From positions 5,097 through 69,096 of the forward strand of contig JAFDKH010000052.1 in the NCBI GenBank assembly GCA_019307065.1: a stretch of 64,000 nucleotides of DNA, in the 5' to 3' direction. A program made the translations under genes and the position numbers. This document shows, in pieces, positions 28,790 through 37,754 of the stretch. Position 1 is the stretch's first letter, and each line of letters opens with the position of its first letter. The stretch comes from Deltaproteobacteria bacterium. GTDB taxonomy: Bacteria > Myxococcota > B64-G9. A model generated the notes under the pieces. It made no database searches, was not told the origin of the DNA, and saw only the letters and a program-made list of their open reading frames with translations.

Positions 28790-30345
28790 GGAGTCGATTC
28801 ATGCGGCGTGTCTTTAGTCCTGCAGCTATTGTCAGCTTGTTTGTGTGGTATGGAATAGTTTTATCTGGCAATGCTCAAGCTGCGGCCAGACGTCCCTACG
28901 GTGGGGATTTCAAGATTGCCTCGACTGGTAAAATCATCACCACTGATCCTGCATTGGTTTCGACAACTACGGAGTTGGAATTAGCTAGACAAATTCACGA
29001 AACTCTCTACCGGATTGCTCCAGATGGAACCATAGTTCCAGCCCTGGCCCAGCAGTTGCCCAAGGTGTCCCAGAACAGAACTGAGCTCGTAATTCGCCTG
29101 CGGCCGGGGTTGAAATTTCATGATGGCTCTTCGATTTCAAGTAGCGAGGTACTGGCATCGTGGAGGCGTGTATTGAGTGCATCTTGTGCCTCTGAGCATT
29201 GGTGGCTCTTGGCACCAATTAAAGGAGCGCTTGAATATAGGCAAGGCAAGAGTACCAGAGTTACCGGGCTGGAACGGATTAACAAGCTCAGCTTTCGGAT
29301 CCGCTTGAGCAGTCCGATGCCTAATTTTATTGAAGCCCTGGCCGCCGTGCCGACGGCTCCTTTGCCGGCGCGTTTTCTTTCGAGCAAAGAACCCAAAGAT
29401 GCTCATCCGCCCGGTAGCGGCCCATTTAAGTGGAGTGTTTCCCGGTCAACTGGCGAATCGATAGTCTTGGACGCCTTTCTCGGCCACTGTAAGGGACGGC
29501 CCTACCTGGATAGACTTAGTCTGGTTCCTTATTCATCAACCAGGGCCGCTAGTCTGGCATTTGAACTCGAGGAAGTACATATTAGTTACCTGCGTCCCTC
29601 TCATAGAGTCGGCAGTCATCAGGTAGATAACGGTCCCCAGGCCTGGATGACATTTTTGGCACTCAATCCTAAGCGTCTCGATCAACTTCCCCAGGGTTTT
29701 CATAAGGCGGTTGCGAACGCAGTTGACCGCGAATCTTTAGTGAACTATCTGGTCGGTGACCGCGGCTCGCCGACTGACGAGGTTATCGGTCTGCCTGAGA
29801 ATAAGAATACCAACCGGGAATTGAGGGCTAATCCTAAGGCGGCCAAAGAGTATTTTAAAAAACTGGCTCTGGAAAATATGGGAATCCCGCCCGTTTTGGT
29901 GTTTCTAGTTCAAAAAGGCCAGATATTGGATAGGCCGGTAGCCGAACGTATCCAGGTAAATCTTGTTGATATTGGCGTGGTTGTTTCCGTGATTGAGTTA
30001 GAGCGTGAAGCATTCACCAAGCGCATCAAGGCAGGGGAGTATGACTTTTTTCTGGCTCAGCCGCTTTCGTTGGTCAGAGATCATGAGTTGCAGCTACTAT
30101 CGATAGTAGCGAAAACATCTGAGAATGCAGAAATCGAGGATTTGCTGCAATCACTCAACAATCTTCCCGGTGATTCCAACAGGTCTGCAATTGTGCGTGA
30201 AATGGCACGTCGCTATCAAATACGGCTTCCCTGGATTCCGTTGTTCCAGCATGGCCGCCGCGTTTATCTGAATAAATCTGTTCGGGGGTATAAGCGTAGC
30301 GCGACCGGGTTGGCAGACCTGGCCGAAGCCTGGTCGGTCGAGTGA
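28786..30345 (+). CDS. Family-5 (peptide/nickel type) ABC substrate-binding protein, orphan
   Basis: 519 aa. ATGA overlap with the upstream gene. Signal peptide. SBP_bac_5-like segments (IRLRPGLKFHDGSSISSSEVLASWRRVL). No permease or ATPase genes are adjacent. Confidence 0.7.
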   Translation: MRSRFMRRVFSPAAIVSLFVWYGIVLSGNAQAAARRPYGGDFKIASTGKIITTDPALVSTTTELELARQIHETLYRIAPDGTIVPALAQQLPKVSQNRTELVIRLRPGLKFHDGSSISSSEVLASWRRVLSASCASEHWWLLAPIKGALEYRQGKSTRVTGLERINKLSFRIRLSSPMPNFIEALAAVPTAPLPARFLSSKEPKDAHPPGSGPFKWSVSRSTGESIVLDAFLGHCKGRPYLDRLSLVPYSSTRAASLAFELEEVHISYLRPSHRVGSHQVDNGPQAWMTFLALNPKRLDQLPQGFHKAVANAVDRESLVNYLVGDRGSPTDEVIGLPENKNTNRELRANPKAAKEYFKKLALENMGIPPVLVFLVQKGQILDRPVAERIQVNLVDIGVVVSVIELEREAFTKRIKAGEYDFFLAQPLSLVRDHELQLLSIVAKTSENAEIEDLLQSLNNLPGDSNRSAIVREMARRYQIRLPWIPLFQHGRRVYLNKSVRGYKRSATGLADLAEAWSVE

Positions 30346-30358
30346 AAGGATGTGATCC

Positions 30359-32068
30359 ATGCGCCTGGGCACTCGACTGATTCTGGCATTTTTGGCTGTT
30401 GCGTTCATTCCGGCCGGCGCGATTCTGACTTTTACATGGTTTACTGTAGAAGAGCGGTTTCAGGAAGAGTTTCAAAATCGTCTCGATGGAGTCAGTGAGG
30501 GCATCCGCGCCAATCTCGACCAGATTGGCACTAGAATCAAGCATAAGGTTGCTGCTCTGGTTGACGGTGAACAAGTCGAGCGAATTCTGGTCGAACTGGT
30601 TCGTGGAAGTCTTGACCGCAGCACGATGATACCTCAGGCCGGTAAATGGATGAAGGCCTGGGATCTTGATCTTCTCACCATACTTGACGAAACCGGAACA
30701 GTCCTTTCAAGCGGTCACTTGCCGGCTAGATACGGTTCAAAGGATAACGAGACTCTGCAAATCGTTACCCAAAAACCGATGGCGCCCGTGATTCGGAATG
30801 TGCAAGTGTTGCGAGCTGGAAAGATCGAAGACATTCTAGCAGTCGTAGTGGCGGGCAAGCGAAGATTCGGAGAGGCTGAAGTCGTCGTTCTGGGTGGACT
30901 GCTGCTTGATGAGAAGTTTGTGGATGATTTACAAAACCTTTCAGGCGCCCAGATCCAGATTGTCGACGTTGAAGATCGTGTGATGGTCGGCCCGGGTAAA
31001 GATGACGATTCGGAGGCAGAGGCACTTTGGGTGGCTGATCCGCAGTCTACCTATCGTCGAATCGGCCTGCTTCAGGGCAGCGGAGAAGAGTCTTCGGTTT
31101 TTGTCGTTGCCGGCGTTTCAGAACAGGAACTCAAAGACGCTCAGAAGCGCATTTTGATCGCCTCAGCGGCGGCAGCTTTTGCCGGTGTTTTAATTTCCTG
31201 GCTATTGGGGCTTCTGATTTCACGCCGAATCATTGGGCCGGTCAATGCTTTGGTTAGCGGTGCCCGCATGATCGCCAAGGGTGAACTCGAGCATCGAGTG
31301 CCAGAAAGTTCAGGCGGCGAGATTGGAGAGTTGGTCCAGACATTTAATACGATGGTTGATGATCTGGAGATCTATCGACGAAAACTAGTTCGAGCGGAAC
31401 GAGTAGCTGCCTGGCAGGAAATTGCCCGTCGAATTGCTCATGAGATTAAGAACCCACTTTCGCCCATACAAATGTCGATTGAAACATTACGCAAAGCCTA
31501 TGCAGCAGGCCATCCGGATTTTAAAGAGATTTTTGAAGAATCAACCCGCGCAATACTCGAGGAAGTCGCCACTCTCAAGAGGATCGTTTCGGAATTTTCT
31601 GATTTCGCGCGCTTACCAAAACCAACTATGGCCGAGCAAGATATAAACACCGTAGTTGAGGGTACAGTGAATTTATACAGCAAACAAAAGGGGGGCGAGC
31701 GGCTCAAACTCTTTCTGGGTAAGGATTTGCCGCTGGTGGCTCTTGACCGTGAGCAAATCAGCCGAGTGACCGGAAATCTCCTCTCGAATGCCTTTTGGGC
31801 GACTGCAGCGGGTGGCAGCATAGAGGTGATCACCCAGAGGAAGAACGATCGAGTTGTAATAAAAGTAGTCGATTGCGGACAAGGTATGCCGACTGATGTT
31901 CTTGAAAAAGTTTTTACTCCCTATTTTACAACACGACGTGATGGAACCGGGTTGGGCTTGGCGATTGTTCAAAGAATAATTGAAGACCACGGTGCCGGCA
32001 TCGAGATCGATTCCACCGAGGGGACCGGCACGACCATCACGATTTCTTTCCCGGGTGTTCATAAGTAA
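30359..32068 (+). CDS. Sensor histidine kinase (TM, periplasmic domain, TM, HAMP, HisKA, HATPase_c), NtrY-like catalytic core
   Basis: H box IAHEIKNPLSPIQ, N box LLSNAFWAT, G boxes VVDCGQGMP and GTGLGLAIV. Confidence 0.85.
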   Translation: MRLGTRLILAFLAVAFIPAGAILTFTWFTVEERFQEEFQNRLDGVSEGIRANLDQIGTRIKHKVAALVDGEQVERILVELVRGSLDRSTMIPQAGKWMKAWDLDLLTILDETGTVLSSGHLPARYGSKDNETLQIVTQKPMAPVIRNVQVLRAGKIEDILAVVVAGKRRFGEAEVVVLGGLLLDEKFVDDLQNLSGAQIQIVDVEDRVMVGPGKDDDSEAEALWVADPQSTYRRIGLLQGSGEESSVFVVAGVSEQELKDAQKRILIASAAAAFAGVLISWLLGLLISRRIIGPVNALVSGARMIAKGELEHRVPESSGGEIGELVQTFNTMVDDLEIYRRKLVRAERVAAWQEIARRIAHEIKNPLSPIQMSIETLRKAYAAGHPDFKEIFEESTRAILEEVATLKRIVSEFSDFARLPKPTMAEQDINTVVEGTVNLYSKQKGGERLKLFLGKDLPLVALDREQISRVTGNLLSNAFWATAAGGSIEVITQRKNDRVVIKVVDCGQGMPTDVLEKVFTPYFTTRRDGTGLGLAIVQRIIEDHGAGIEIDSTEGTGTTITISFPGVHK

Positions 32069-32112
32069 GATTTTCTGACTAAACATTTCTGAATAATAAT
32101 TGATCATTTTTT

Positions 32113-32141
32113 TTGTTGTCTGCCGTCGTTGGTGGTATCAT
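32113..32141 (+). promoter_or_regulatory. Weak candidate sigma-70 promoter of the histone-like gene
   Basis: TTGTTG, 17-nt spacer, TATCAT (32136-32141). A GAGGAGG RBS follows before ATG 32191. Confidence 0.25.
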
Positions 32142-32190
32142 GTTTCAAGTCACGAAGACAGAGGGCAGTTAAAAAACGAGGAGGTCAATC

Positions 32191-32475
32191 ATGTCATGTG
32201 GAAAGAAACACAAAAAGGCGGCTAAAAAGAAACCCGCCAAGAAGAAGGTAGCCAAGCGTAAGGTTGCAAAAAAGAAAGTAGCCAAGAAGAAAAAAGTAGC
32301 CAAGAAGAAAAAACCAGCCAAGAAGAAAAAAGTAGCCAAGAAGAAAAAACCGGCCAAGAAGAAAAAACCGGCCAAGAAGAAAAAACCGGCCAAGAAGAAA
32401 AAACCGGCCAAGAAGAAAAAAGTAGCCAAGAAGAAAAAACCGGCCAAGAAGAAAAAAGCAGCCAAAAAAAAGTAA
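32191..32475 (+). CDS. Histone H1-like lysine-rich repeat protein (nucleoid-associated, AlgP/Hc1-like composition)
   Basis: 94 aa made almost entirely of AKKKK(P/V) hexapeptides. Strong RBS GAGGAGG 6 nt upstream. The gene has its own terminator downstream. Confidence 0.75.
   Translation: MSCGKKHKKAAKKKPAKKKVAKRKVAKKKVAKKKKVAKKKKPAKKKKVAKKKKPAKKKKPAKKKKPAKKKKPAKKKKVAKKKKPAKKKKAAKKK
32281..32460 (+). repeat. Tandem repeat: 10 copies of the 18-bp unit GCCAAGAAGAAAAAANNN
   Basis: Units start at 32281, 32299, 32317 and every 18 nt up to 32443. They differ only in the last codon (GTA/CCA/CCG/GCA). A partial 11th unit follows. Confidence 0.95.
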
Positions 32476-32589
32476 AACTGGTACAATTAACACGATTTTG
32501 GGCCACGGAGATTTGAGCCACGAAGACAGGCAGAATTTGAAGGTCATGCGATCGTAACCAGGTCGCATTCGAAAATCCGTTGGCCTACG

Positions 32590-32626
32590 CTTCAGTCGAC
32601 CCCCCAAAGGGTCGGCTGAAGTTTTT
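32590..32626 (+). terminator. Rho-independent terminator
   Basis: 13-bp stem CTTCAGTCGACCC / GGGTCGGCTGAAG with one G-U pair, 6-nt loop, then TTTTT (32622-32626). Confidence 0.6.
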
Positions 32627-32741
32627 AATTGCATTAGACTGCATCCCCTGAAATTTCATTTCTGACCTTGAACCTTCGAATATTCTTGAAGTTCTGGACC
32701 AATCCGTAGTATGGAGCAAACAACTTTTGAGGAATTAGGTA

Positions 32742-33614
32742 ATGAGATCTCTCATTCTTGCGGTGTGTATGCTTTTGTCAGTTAGTTCAAGGTCTATTGC
32801 TGAGCAGCCAGCCTGCAAGACAATCCCCTGGGAACGAATCGAAGGAATCAATGCCTCGGATTTCAAGAGCGATTTTCTGGCCAGGGTTGCCGCAATTCTA
32901 GAGAAAGTTCCTTCATATGGTCGTTGTACGGAATCGGTAGCGGCTTGTTTACGAAAAAAGCAACATTACGCGACGGCTGGCCGGCTTGCCCGGGATATCC
33001 TTATGCTAGTGATCAGTCAAGCAGAAGAAGAGAAGATCGTGAAGTGGGTTGATGCCCGTAGGCGCATGGCCCATCCAGAAAAGTTACATTCAATTAATAT
33101 TGAGGGCTTGACTCCATTGGGCAATAAGGCCGCCAAAGTTACGATTGTCGAGTTTTCTGATTTTCAATGTCCCTATTGTGCCAAGATATGGCCGATGCTT
33201 GAAGAGATTGCCCGCGAGAGGAAGGACAAAGTGCGATTGTTCTTCAAGCAATTTCCAATCAAGGGACATCCACGAGCGCTGGCCGCCTCAAAGGCTTGCG
33301 TGGCTGCCGACAAATTCGGTAAGTTTTGGGATTATTGCGGCAAGTTGTTCGAGAGCCAGCGGGATCTCTCCGACAAGAAATTCATTGAACTAGCCGAACA
33401 ATGCGGGATCGATAAAACTAAGTTTACCGAGGAAATGAATCAAACGGCGGTACTGAATCGAATTGCGGATGAAAAGATGGAGGGATTACGAATCCGCATT
33501 CAGGGTACGCCGACAATTTTCATCAACGGCAAAGAGGTTATTCTGGAGCCGACGGTGTCTATGATAAAGGATCGCATTCAAGAGGAGTTGGACATCCTTG
33601 CAGGCAAGGACTGA
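32742..33614 (+). CDS. DsbA-family thiol:disulfide oxidoreductase (secreted)
   Basis: Signal peptide. Thioredoxin-fold active site FQCPYCAKIW. The cis-Pro region GTPTIFINGK lies near the C-terminus. Confidence 0.8.
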   Translation: MRSLILAVCMLLSVSSRSIAEQPACKTIPWERIEGINASDFKSDFLARVAAILEKVPSYGRCTESVAACLRKKQHYATAGRLARDILMLVISQAEEEKIVKWVDARRRMAHPEKLHSINIEGLTPLGNKAAKVTIVEFSDFQCPYCAKIWPMLEEIARERKDKVRLFFKQFPIKGHPRALAASKACVAADKFGKFWDYCGKLFESQRDLSDKKFIELAEQCGIDKTKFTEEMNQTAVLNRIADEKMEGLRIRIQGTPTIFINGKEVILEPTVSMIKDRIQEELDILAGKD

Positions 33615-33626
33615 AATCACGCAGGC

Positions 33627-35648
33627 TTACTTAATCGGCGTCGCCCGTAGAGCAGCTTTTCCGTTTTTGACATAGACCTGAAACCTGACCGACCTGCATT
33701 TATAGCGGGTTTTCAGATCGCCGGTGTTTTTCCGAAGCTTTTCTGAAAAGCGCTCGAAGGACAGTCCGGCAATAGCTTCGCCACACTGTTTTTTGGTTTT
33801 CAAAAACTGGTCGAAAACCTCCTTGAAGTGGGCATCATCTTCGGACAGGCTAGCTGATTTGGCCGGCTGTTGTTTTACCGGGGGGGTTGATAATGGTGGT
33901 CCGGGAATCGATGGAGGCGGTGGTGGAATGGCAGCCGCTGGAATCGACTCTTCCGGGCCTGAATCGGATGCAGCTTGAAGAAGTTCGCTGGGAACCTGAG
34001 CAATGACAGTTGCGTCGGGTTGATAGTCGGATGAAGTAATCTGATCATCTCCCGTGTCTAGATCCGGTACGTTATCAAAATCCATAACCGGCGCCGGTGG
34101 CGTGCTCGGTGCGACGAACTCCGGTTTTTCTTCAACGGCCGGGGGAGGCGGAGGTTGGCTAGGTTCACGCCGGGCTTGTTCCGGAACTATCGGCGCTACT
34201 TCCCGGGTTTCCTCCTGTTCATCGAAAATTCCAACCAGATCGCCGGGCACATCAACGCGAGGCCCGCCGGACGGCGCAGGCGGTTCGGATGGCACGACCG
34301 CATCGAGAGGATCAGGAGACGATATCGGGTCTGGATTCGAAGCCGCGGGAGGTGGAACCGGTTGAACCGTCGGGGGAGGTTCGGGCGCAGATGGTGGCGG
34401 CGGCGCCGATGAAGCGGCATCTCCCCCAAGCAAGCTCTCGAAATCCAGCCTGCCGGCAGCAGAAGGGGCGTCAGGCGCAGCCGGTTCGATTGGTGCCGGC
34501 GCAAAGCTGTCCACCTCACCAAGGGCTTCGGATACCGAAGCTGGTCCGGCCATTACAGGACGCTGACCGTTCGACATGATGTGGGCAATATCTCGAGCCA
34601 ACTCCTGATAGGCACCAGAATAACCTTCCGTGTTAAACGAGGTCGAACCACCCTCGGACAACAGATTCACCGAATCACGTAATTTATAGAGCTGTTTGTT
34701 GCCGGAACTTGCCGAGAGTAGCAACCCGACTAGTATTCCGAAAATGAGTAAAGCACCGATTCCCATAAACAGCATTTTATGAGCTTCCTGCAAAGGCGTT
34801 ACCAGAGGAGCCAGCGGCAATATCAAGGCCACATGCAATGGGTCCGTTCCGCTGGGAATACTGGCGATCCTGGCTGCCAGAGCACCAGCTGGCAAACTGA
34901 AAAGCATCGGAGCCGATTTCAATTCCCCAAAATGAACGATTTCTTTCGACTCTAGCTTTTCAGCCAGCGGAGCCAGCGAGGCGGGCTCAAGGCTTGAGAG
35001 CTTGACTTTCTTGCGCAGGAACAAAGCTACATCCAGGCCGGCAGGTTGTGAAAGGGCCTTTAATTTGGCTATATCGAGTTCGCTTGTCGACATGAGGCAG
35101 CCAACAATTCTGCCCGAACCACTACGCACAGGCACGACAGCTACTTGAGATAACTTATCACCCAATTCGTAGAGTCCGTCGCGGTAGACTCCACTCTGAC
35201 ATTCCTTGACTGCCGGAAGACCCTTGAGGTTGTCACCGAACTTCTCTTTCTCGGGGCTCCTGGCTACCACTCTGCCGTCGGAAGATATGACCAACAAGTT
35301 ATCGAGCTTGAGTCTCTTGTGGATAGCCTCAGTCTCGGGAAGAATAGTCGTGTTAATAGACTTGAGTGTTTGGGCAACGGTTTCTGAAGTTGCATCGGCC
35401 CCGATCGGGGAAAGCCTGCCAAGCGGGCCGGCCAGTTTTTCATTATTTATTTCTGCAGTCAGTTTTTGAATGGAGTTGAAGGCTTTGACCCGCAAATGTT
35501 CGACAAAATCCTTTTCGGCGTTGGCCAACAGCATTTCTGACTGGCTCTGAATCTGTTTTTGATAGAACTTGTTCAAGCCGATAAGTGCCCCGGCCCCTGC
35601 TCCGCCAACCAGAAGTACAACGACTATGATTGTCTTGATTTTAGACAT
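33627..35648 (-). CDS. Membrane sensor-like protein: TM, periplasmic Cache-like domain, TM, ~230-aa Pro-rich linker, MXAN_5187-type C-terminal domain
   Basis: TM helices IIVVVLLVGGAGAGALIGL and MLFMGIGALLIFGILVGLLL. Pro-rich region (PPPPSAPEPPPTVQPVPPPA and similar). The C-terminus FKEVFDQFLKTKKQCGEAIAGLSFERFSEKLRKN...YKCRSVRFQVYVKNGKAALRATPIK matches my memory of the Myxococcota MXAN_5187 C-terminal domain. Confidence 0.7.
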   Translation of the reverse strand: MSKIKTIIVVVLLVGGAGAGALIGLNKFYQKQIQSQSEMLLANAEKDFVEHLRVKAFNSIQKLTAEINNEKLAGPLGRLSPIGADATSETVAQTLKSINTTILPETEAIHKRLKLDNLLVISSDGRVVARSPEKEKFGDNLKGLPAVKECQSGVYRDGLYELGDKLSQVAVVPVRSGSGRIVGCLMSTSELDIAKLKALSQPAGLDVALFLRKKVKLSSLEPASLAPLAEKLESKEIVHFGELKSAPMLFSLPAGALAARIASIPSGTDPLHVALILPLAPLVTPLQEAHKMLFMGIGALLIFGILVGLLLSASSGNKQLYKLRDSVNLLSEGGSTSFNTEGYSGAYQELARDIAHIMSNGQRPVMAGPASVSEALGEVDSFAPAPIEPAAPDAPSAAGRLDFESLLGGDAASSAPPPPSAPEPPPTVQPVPPPAASNPDPISSPDPLDAVVPSEPPAPSGGPRVDVPGDLVGIFDEQEETREVAPIVPEQARREPSQPPPPPAVEEKPEFVAPSTPPAPVMDFDNVPDLDTGDDQITSSDYQPDATVIAQVPSELLQAASDSGPEESIPAAAIPPPPPSIPGPPLSTPPVKQQPAKSASLSEDDAHFKEVFDQFLKTKKQCGEAIAGLSFERFSEKLRKNTGDLKTRYKCRSVRFQVYVKNGKAALRATPIK

Positions 35649-35690
35649 TGGATGTTCCTCTTTCGATTAACAGGCTGAAGAACGACTCTG

Positions 35691-36737
35691 CTAATCCTCC
35701 TCGATTTCGATCTCCGGCTCAACATCCTCGAAAGTCGGCGTGACTGCTTCATCCGTTGGTTTGGTGGGTGTCTTGTCTGGAGGCGGCTTTTTCTCGACGG
35801 GTGGTTTCTTTTCAACCGGAGGTTTCTTCTCAACCGGAGGCTTCTTCTCAACCGGAGGCTTCTTAACAACCGGAGGCTTCTTCACAACCGGAGGTTTCTT
35901 TTCAGCCGGAGGCTTCTTCTCAGTCGGGGGTTTCTTGATCGGGGGTTTTTTCTCGACCGGTGGTTTCTTTTCGTCGGGTTCTTTAACTGGGGGTTTTTTC
36001 TCGATTTTGGGCGTGTCGCCGTCCTTGCCCTCGGCCGGATCCGGCTTTTCATCGGGAACGAGCGGAGCAGTCTTCTTGACTTTCGATCCTAAGGCAACTT
36101 GAACCGTGCCGGTCGCCGGGACCTTGATATCTTGGGCCCAGCGCCAATTTCCCTCGTTGAATGCTTTTATCCGATAGTTGCCTGCCGGAACCTGGTTGAT
36201 AGTAAATCTACCGGATTGATCAGGGCTGGCGACCAGGGGAGAGTCAACTACCAAAACTGTAGTCTGCATGAACGGGTAGCGGTGGCACTTTACTTTCGCT
36301 ACTCCCGATGACAGGAAGCGGTGTTCGTTTTGGCCGCCCGGTTTGAGGTCGCTGAACTGAAAGGCATTCGCGCCGCTAGCACTACAAGAGTATGAATGCT
36401 TGTCGTCGTTCTTGAAAATAACCGCCCTTTCGGCCAGGACGGTCACAATTGGCTTAGAAAATTCATAGCCATCCAGATGAATGATAGTCGCCTTGGACTC
36501 TTCGGCCTTGATCTCGATGGTCTGATCGGTTTCTAAAACAACTATTGTTGGTCCAAGCGGTTGTTTAGCTGCCGAAATTTCGACTGGTCGCAGGCCCAGG
36601 CGCCAGAAACACTTGTCCATGAACATTTTCTGGCCAGGCGTCACTTGCCGGTCAGATTCGACAGTACCTGAAACCGTGCCAGCCTGTAAGGCAGTACAAA
36701 ACATCAAGATTATTACGACTATTGCAATCCGACGCAT
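35691..36737 (-). CDS. Secreted protein: cupredoxin-like domain, CarboxypepD_reg-like domain, (E)KKPPV repeat spacer, acidic tail
   Basis: Signal peptide IVVIILMFCTALQA. Possible type-1-Cu-like ligand set (KH...KCHRYPFM). SGRFTINQVPAGNYRIKAF. About 12 KKPPV/KKPPVE units. C-terminus EDVEPEIEIEED. Confidence 0.65.
   Translation of the reverse strand: MRRIAIVVIILMFCTALQAGTVSGTVESDRQVTPGQKMFMDKCFWRLGLRPVEISAAKQPLGPTIVVLETDQTIEIKAEESKATIIHLDGYEFSKPIVTVLAERAVIFKNDDKHSYSCSASGANAFQFSDLKPGGQNEHRFLSSGVAKVKCHRYPFMQTTVLVVDSPLVASPDQSGRFTINQVPAGNYRIKAFNEGNWRWAQDIKVPATGTVQVALGSKVKKTAPLVPDEKPDPAEGKDGDTPKIEKKPPVKEPDEKKPPVEKKPPIKKPPTEKKPPAEKKPPVVKKPPVVKKPPVEKKPPVEKKPPVEKKPPVEKKPPPDKTPTKPTDEAVTPTFEDVEPEIEIEED
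35773..36000 (-). repeat. Imperfect 15/18-bp tandem repeats encoding (E)KKPPV units (approximate bounds)
   Basis: On the + strand the unit GGAGGCTTCTTCTCAACC and variants recur head to tail, for example at 35821-35880. Confidence 0.8.
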
Positions 36738-36759
36738 AGCTGAACTCCAAATAAAAATG

Positions 36760-36788
36760 AAGATATGTCAAACCCCGACTAATGTCAA
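36760..36788 (-). promoter_or_regulatory. Candidate sigma-70 promoter for the 36737-33627 operon
   Basis: On the minus strand: TTGACA (36788-36783), 17-nt spacer, TATCTT (36765-36760), about 25 nt upstream of ATG 36737. Confidence 0.3.
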
Positions 36789-36878
36789 GTGTTGATAAAC
36801 ACGGTCATTTTTCGTCACAGCTCGATTTGGGAAGCAATTCAAATTTGACAGACTCCTGGCTTTTGAGTACAGGGCCTA

Positions 36879-37754
36879 GTGATGTTTATTGCCTGGCTGA
36901 AATTGATGCGTCCGGCCCACTGGACGAAAAACTTATTTGTGTTGGCGCCCCTGCTGTTTGCCCGTCAGCTGTTTGATTTTGACCTGTTGCTTGATTCGGT
37001 GGTGGCATTTGGTTTGTTTTGTCTCTTGAGTTCCAGCGTTTATCTTTTCAATGATGTCATGGATGCGGACAATGATCGGGCCCATCCAATCAAGTTTCGC
37101 CGACCGATAGCAGCCGGTACAATCAAGCCAGTCCCGGCGCTTGTTGTCAGTACCCTATTTGCCACGTGTTCAATTCTAGTAGCTTTTTTGATCGATGCCC
37201 GTTTCGGTATGTTGGGCGCCGGATACTTGACGCTAAATCTGTTTTATTCACGCTGGTTGAAGAAGTTGGCTTTTGTCGATGTAATGGTCATTGCGGCCGG
37301 TTTCGTCCTGCGAGTAGTTGCCGGAGCGGTTGCAATCGATGTGAAGTTCTCGGTTTGGCTGGTGTTGTGCACTTTCTGTCTGGCTTTTCTGCTGGCGCTT
37401 GGCAAGCGACGCCATGAATTGGAGATTTTTCGAGACTCGGGTGTTGAAGCTCGTCCGGCCCTGGCTGGCTATACACTAAAATCGTTGCGCATCGCCGAAT
37501 GGACGTTAGCCGGAATTACTTTAGCTTCGTACATTCTATACACTGTGGCGCCCGGAACTGTAGCCAAATTCGGGACTTACAATCTGGTTTTCACTTTGCC
37601 CTTTCCTGTCTTCGGGATTCTTAGATATATGCAGCTAGTTGTCGCCAAGCGATCCAAAGTGCCGACCGAGGCCCTGGTGACCGACATTCCGTCGCTGTTC
37701 AATTTAGTCGGTTGGGTTGCTACGGTTGTGATTGTCTTGTACGACGTGTTTTAG
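36879..37754 (+). CDS. UbiA-family prenyltransferase, decaprenyl-phosphate phosphoribosyltransferase-like
   Basis: 291 aa with about 8 TM helices. N-terminal WTKNLFVLAPLLFA. Asp-rich motif FNDVMDADNDRAHP (NDxxDxxxD). Confidence 0.7.
   Translation: MMFIAWLKLMRPAHWTKNLFVLAPLLFARQLFDFDLLLDSVVAFGLFCLLSSSVYLFNDVMDADNDRAHPIKFRRPIAAGTIKPVPALVVSTLFATCSILVAFLIDARFGMLGAGYLTLNLFYSRWLKKLAFVDVMVIAAGFVLRVVAGAVAIDVKFSVWLVLCTFCLAFLLALGKRRHELEIFRDSGVEARPALAGYTLKSLRIAEWTLAGITLASYILYTVAPGTVAKFGTYNLVFTLPFPVFGILRYMQLVVAKRSKVPTEALVTDIPSLFNLVGWVATVVIVLYDVF

Noticed and set aside
32169-32634. Three minus-strand ORFs (Phe/Leu-rich, 99-146 aa) across the Lys-repeat gene, and the idea that the 18-bp repeats could be a CRISPR-like array.
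   Set aside because: They are mirror images of the AAG-rich repeat (FFFLAGFFFL and similar). The units are contiguous with no spacers, in frame, and preceded by a strong RBS on the plus strand. This is a coding tandem repeat, not a CRISPR array.
35740-36102. Plus-strand 120-aa Gly/Phe-rich ORF.
   Set aside because: It is antisense to the (EKKPPV)n repeat of the 35691-36737 gene. It has no start context and repeat-driven composition.
9728-37754. Functional link between the GT-C-like 913-aa membrane protein and the DPPRT-like UbiA prenyltransferase (polyprenyl-phospho-pentose glycosylation pathway).
   Set aside because: The genes are about 25 kb apart in unrelated operons, and I could not verify GT-C catalytic motifs by eye. 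The idea is too speculative to report as a finding.
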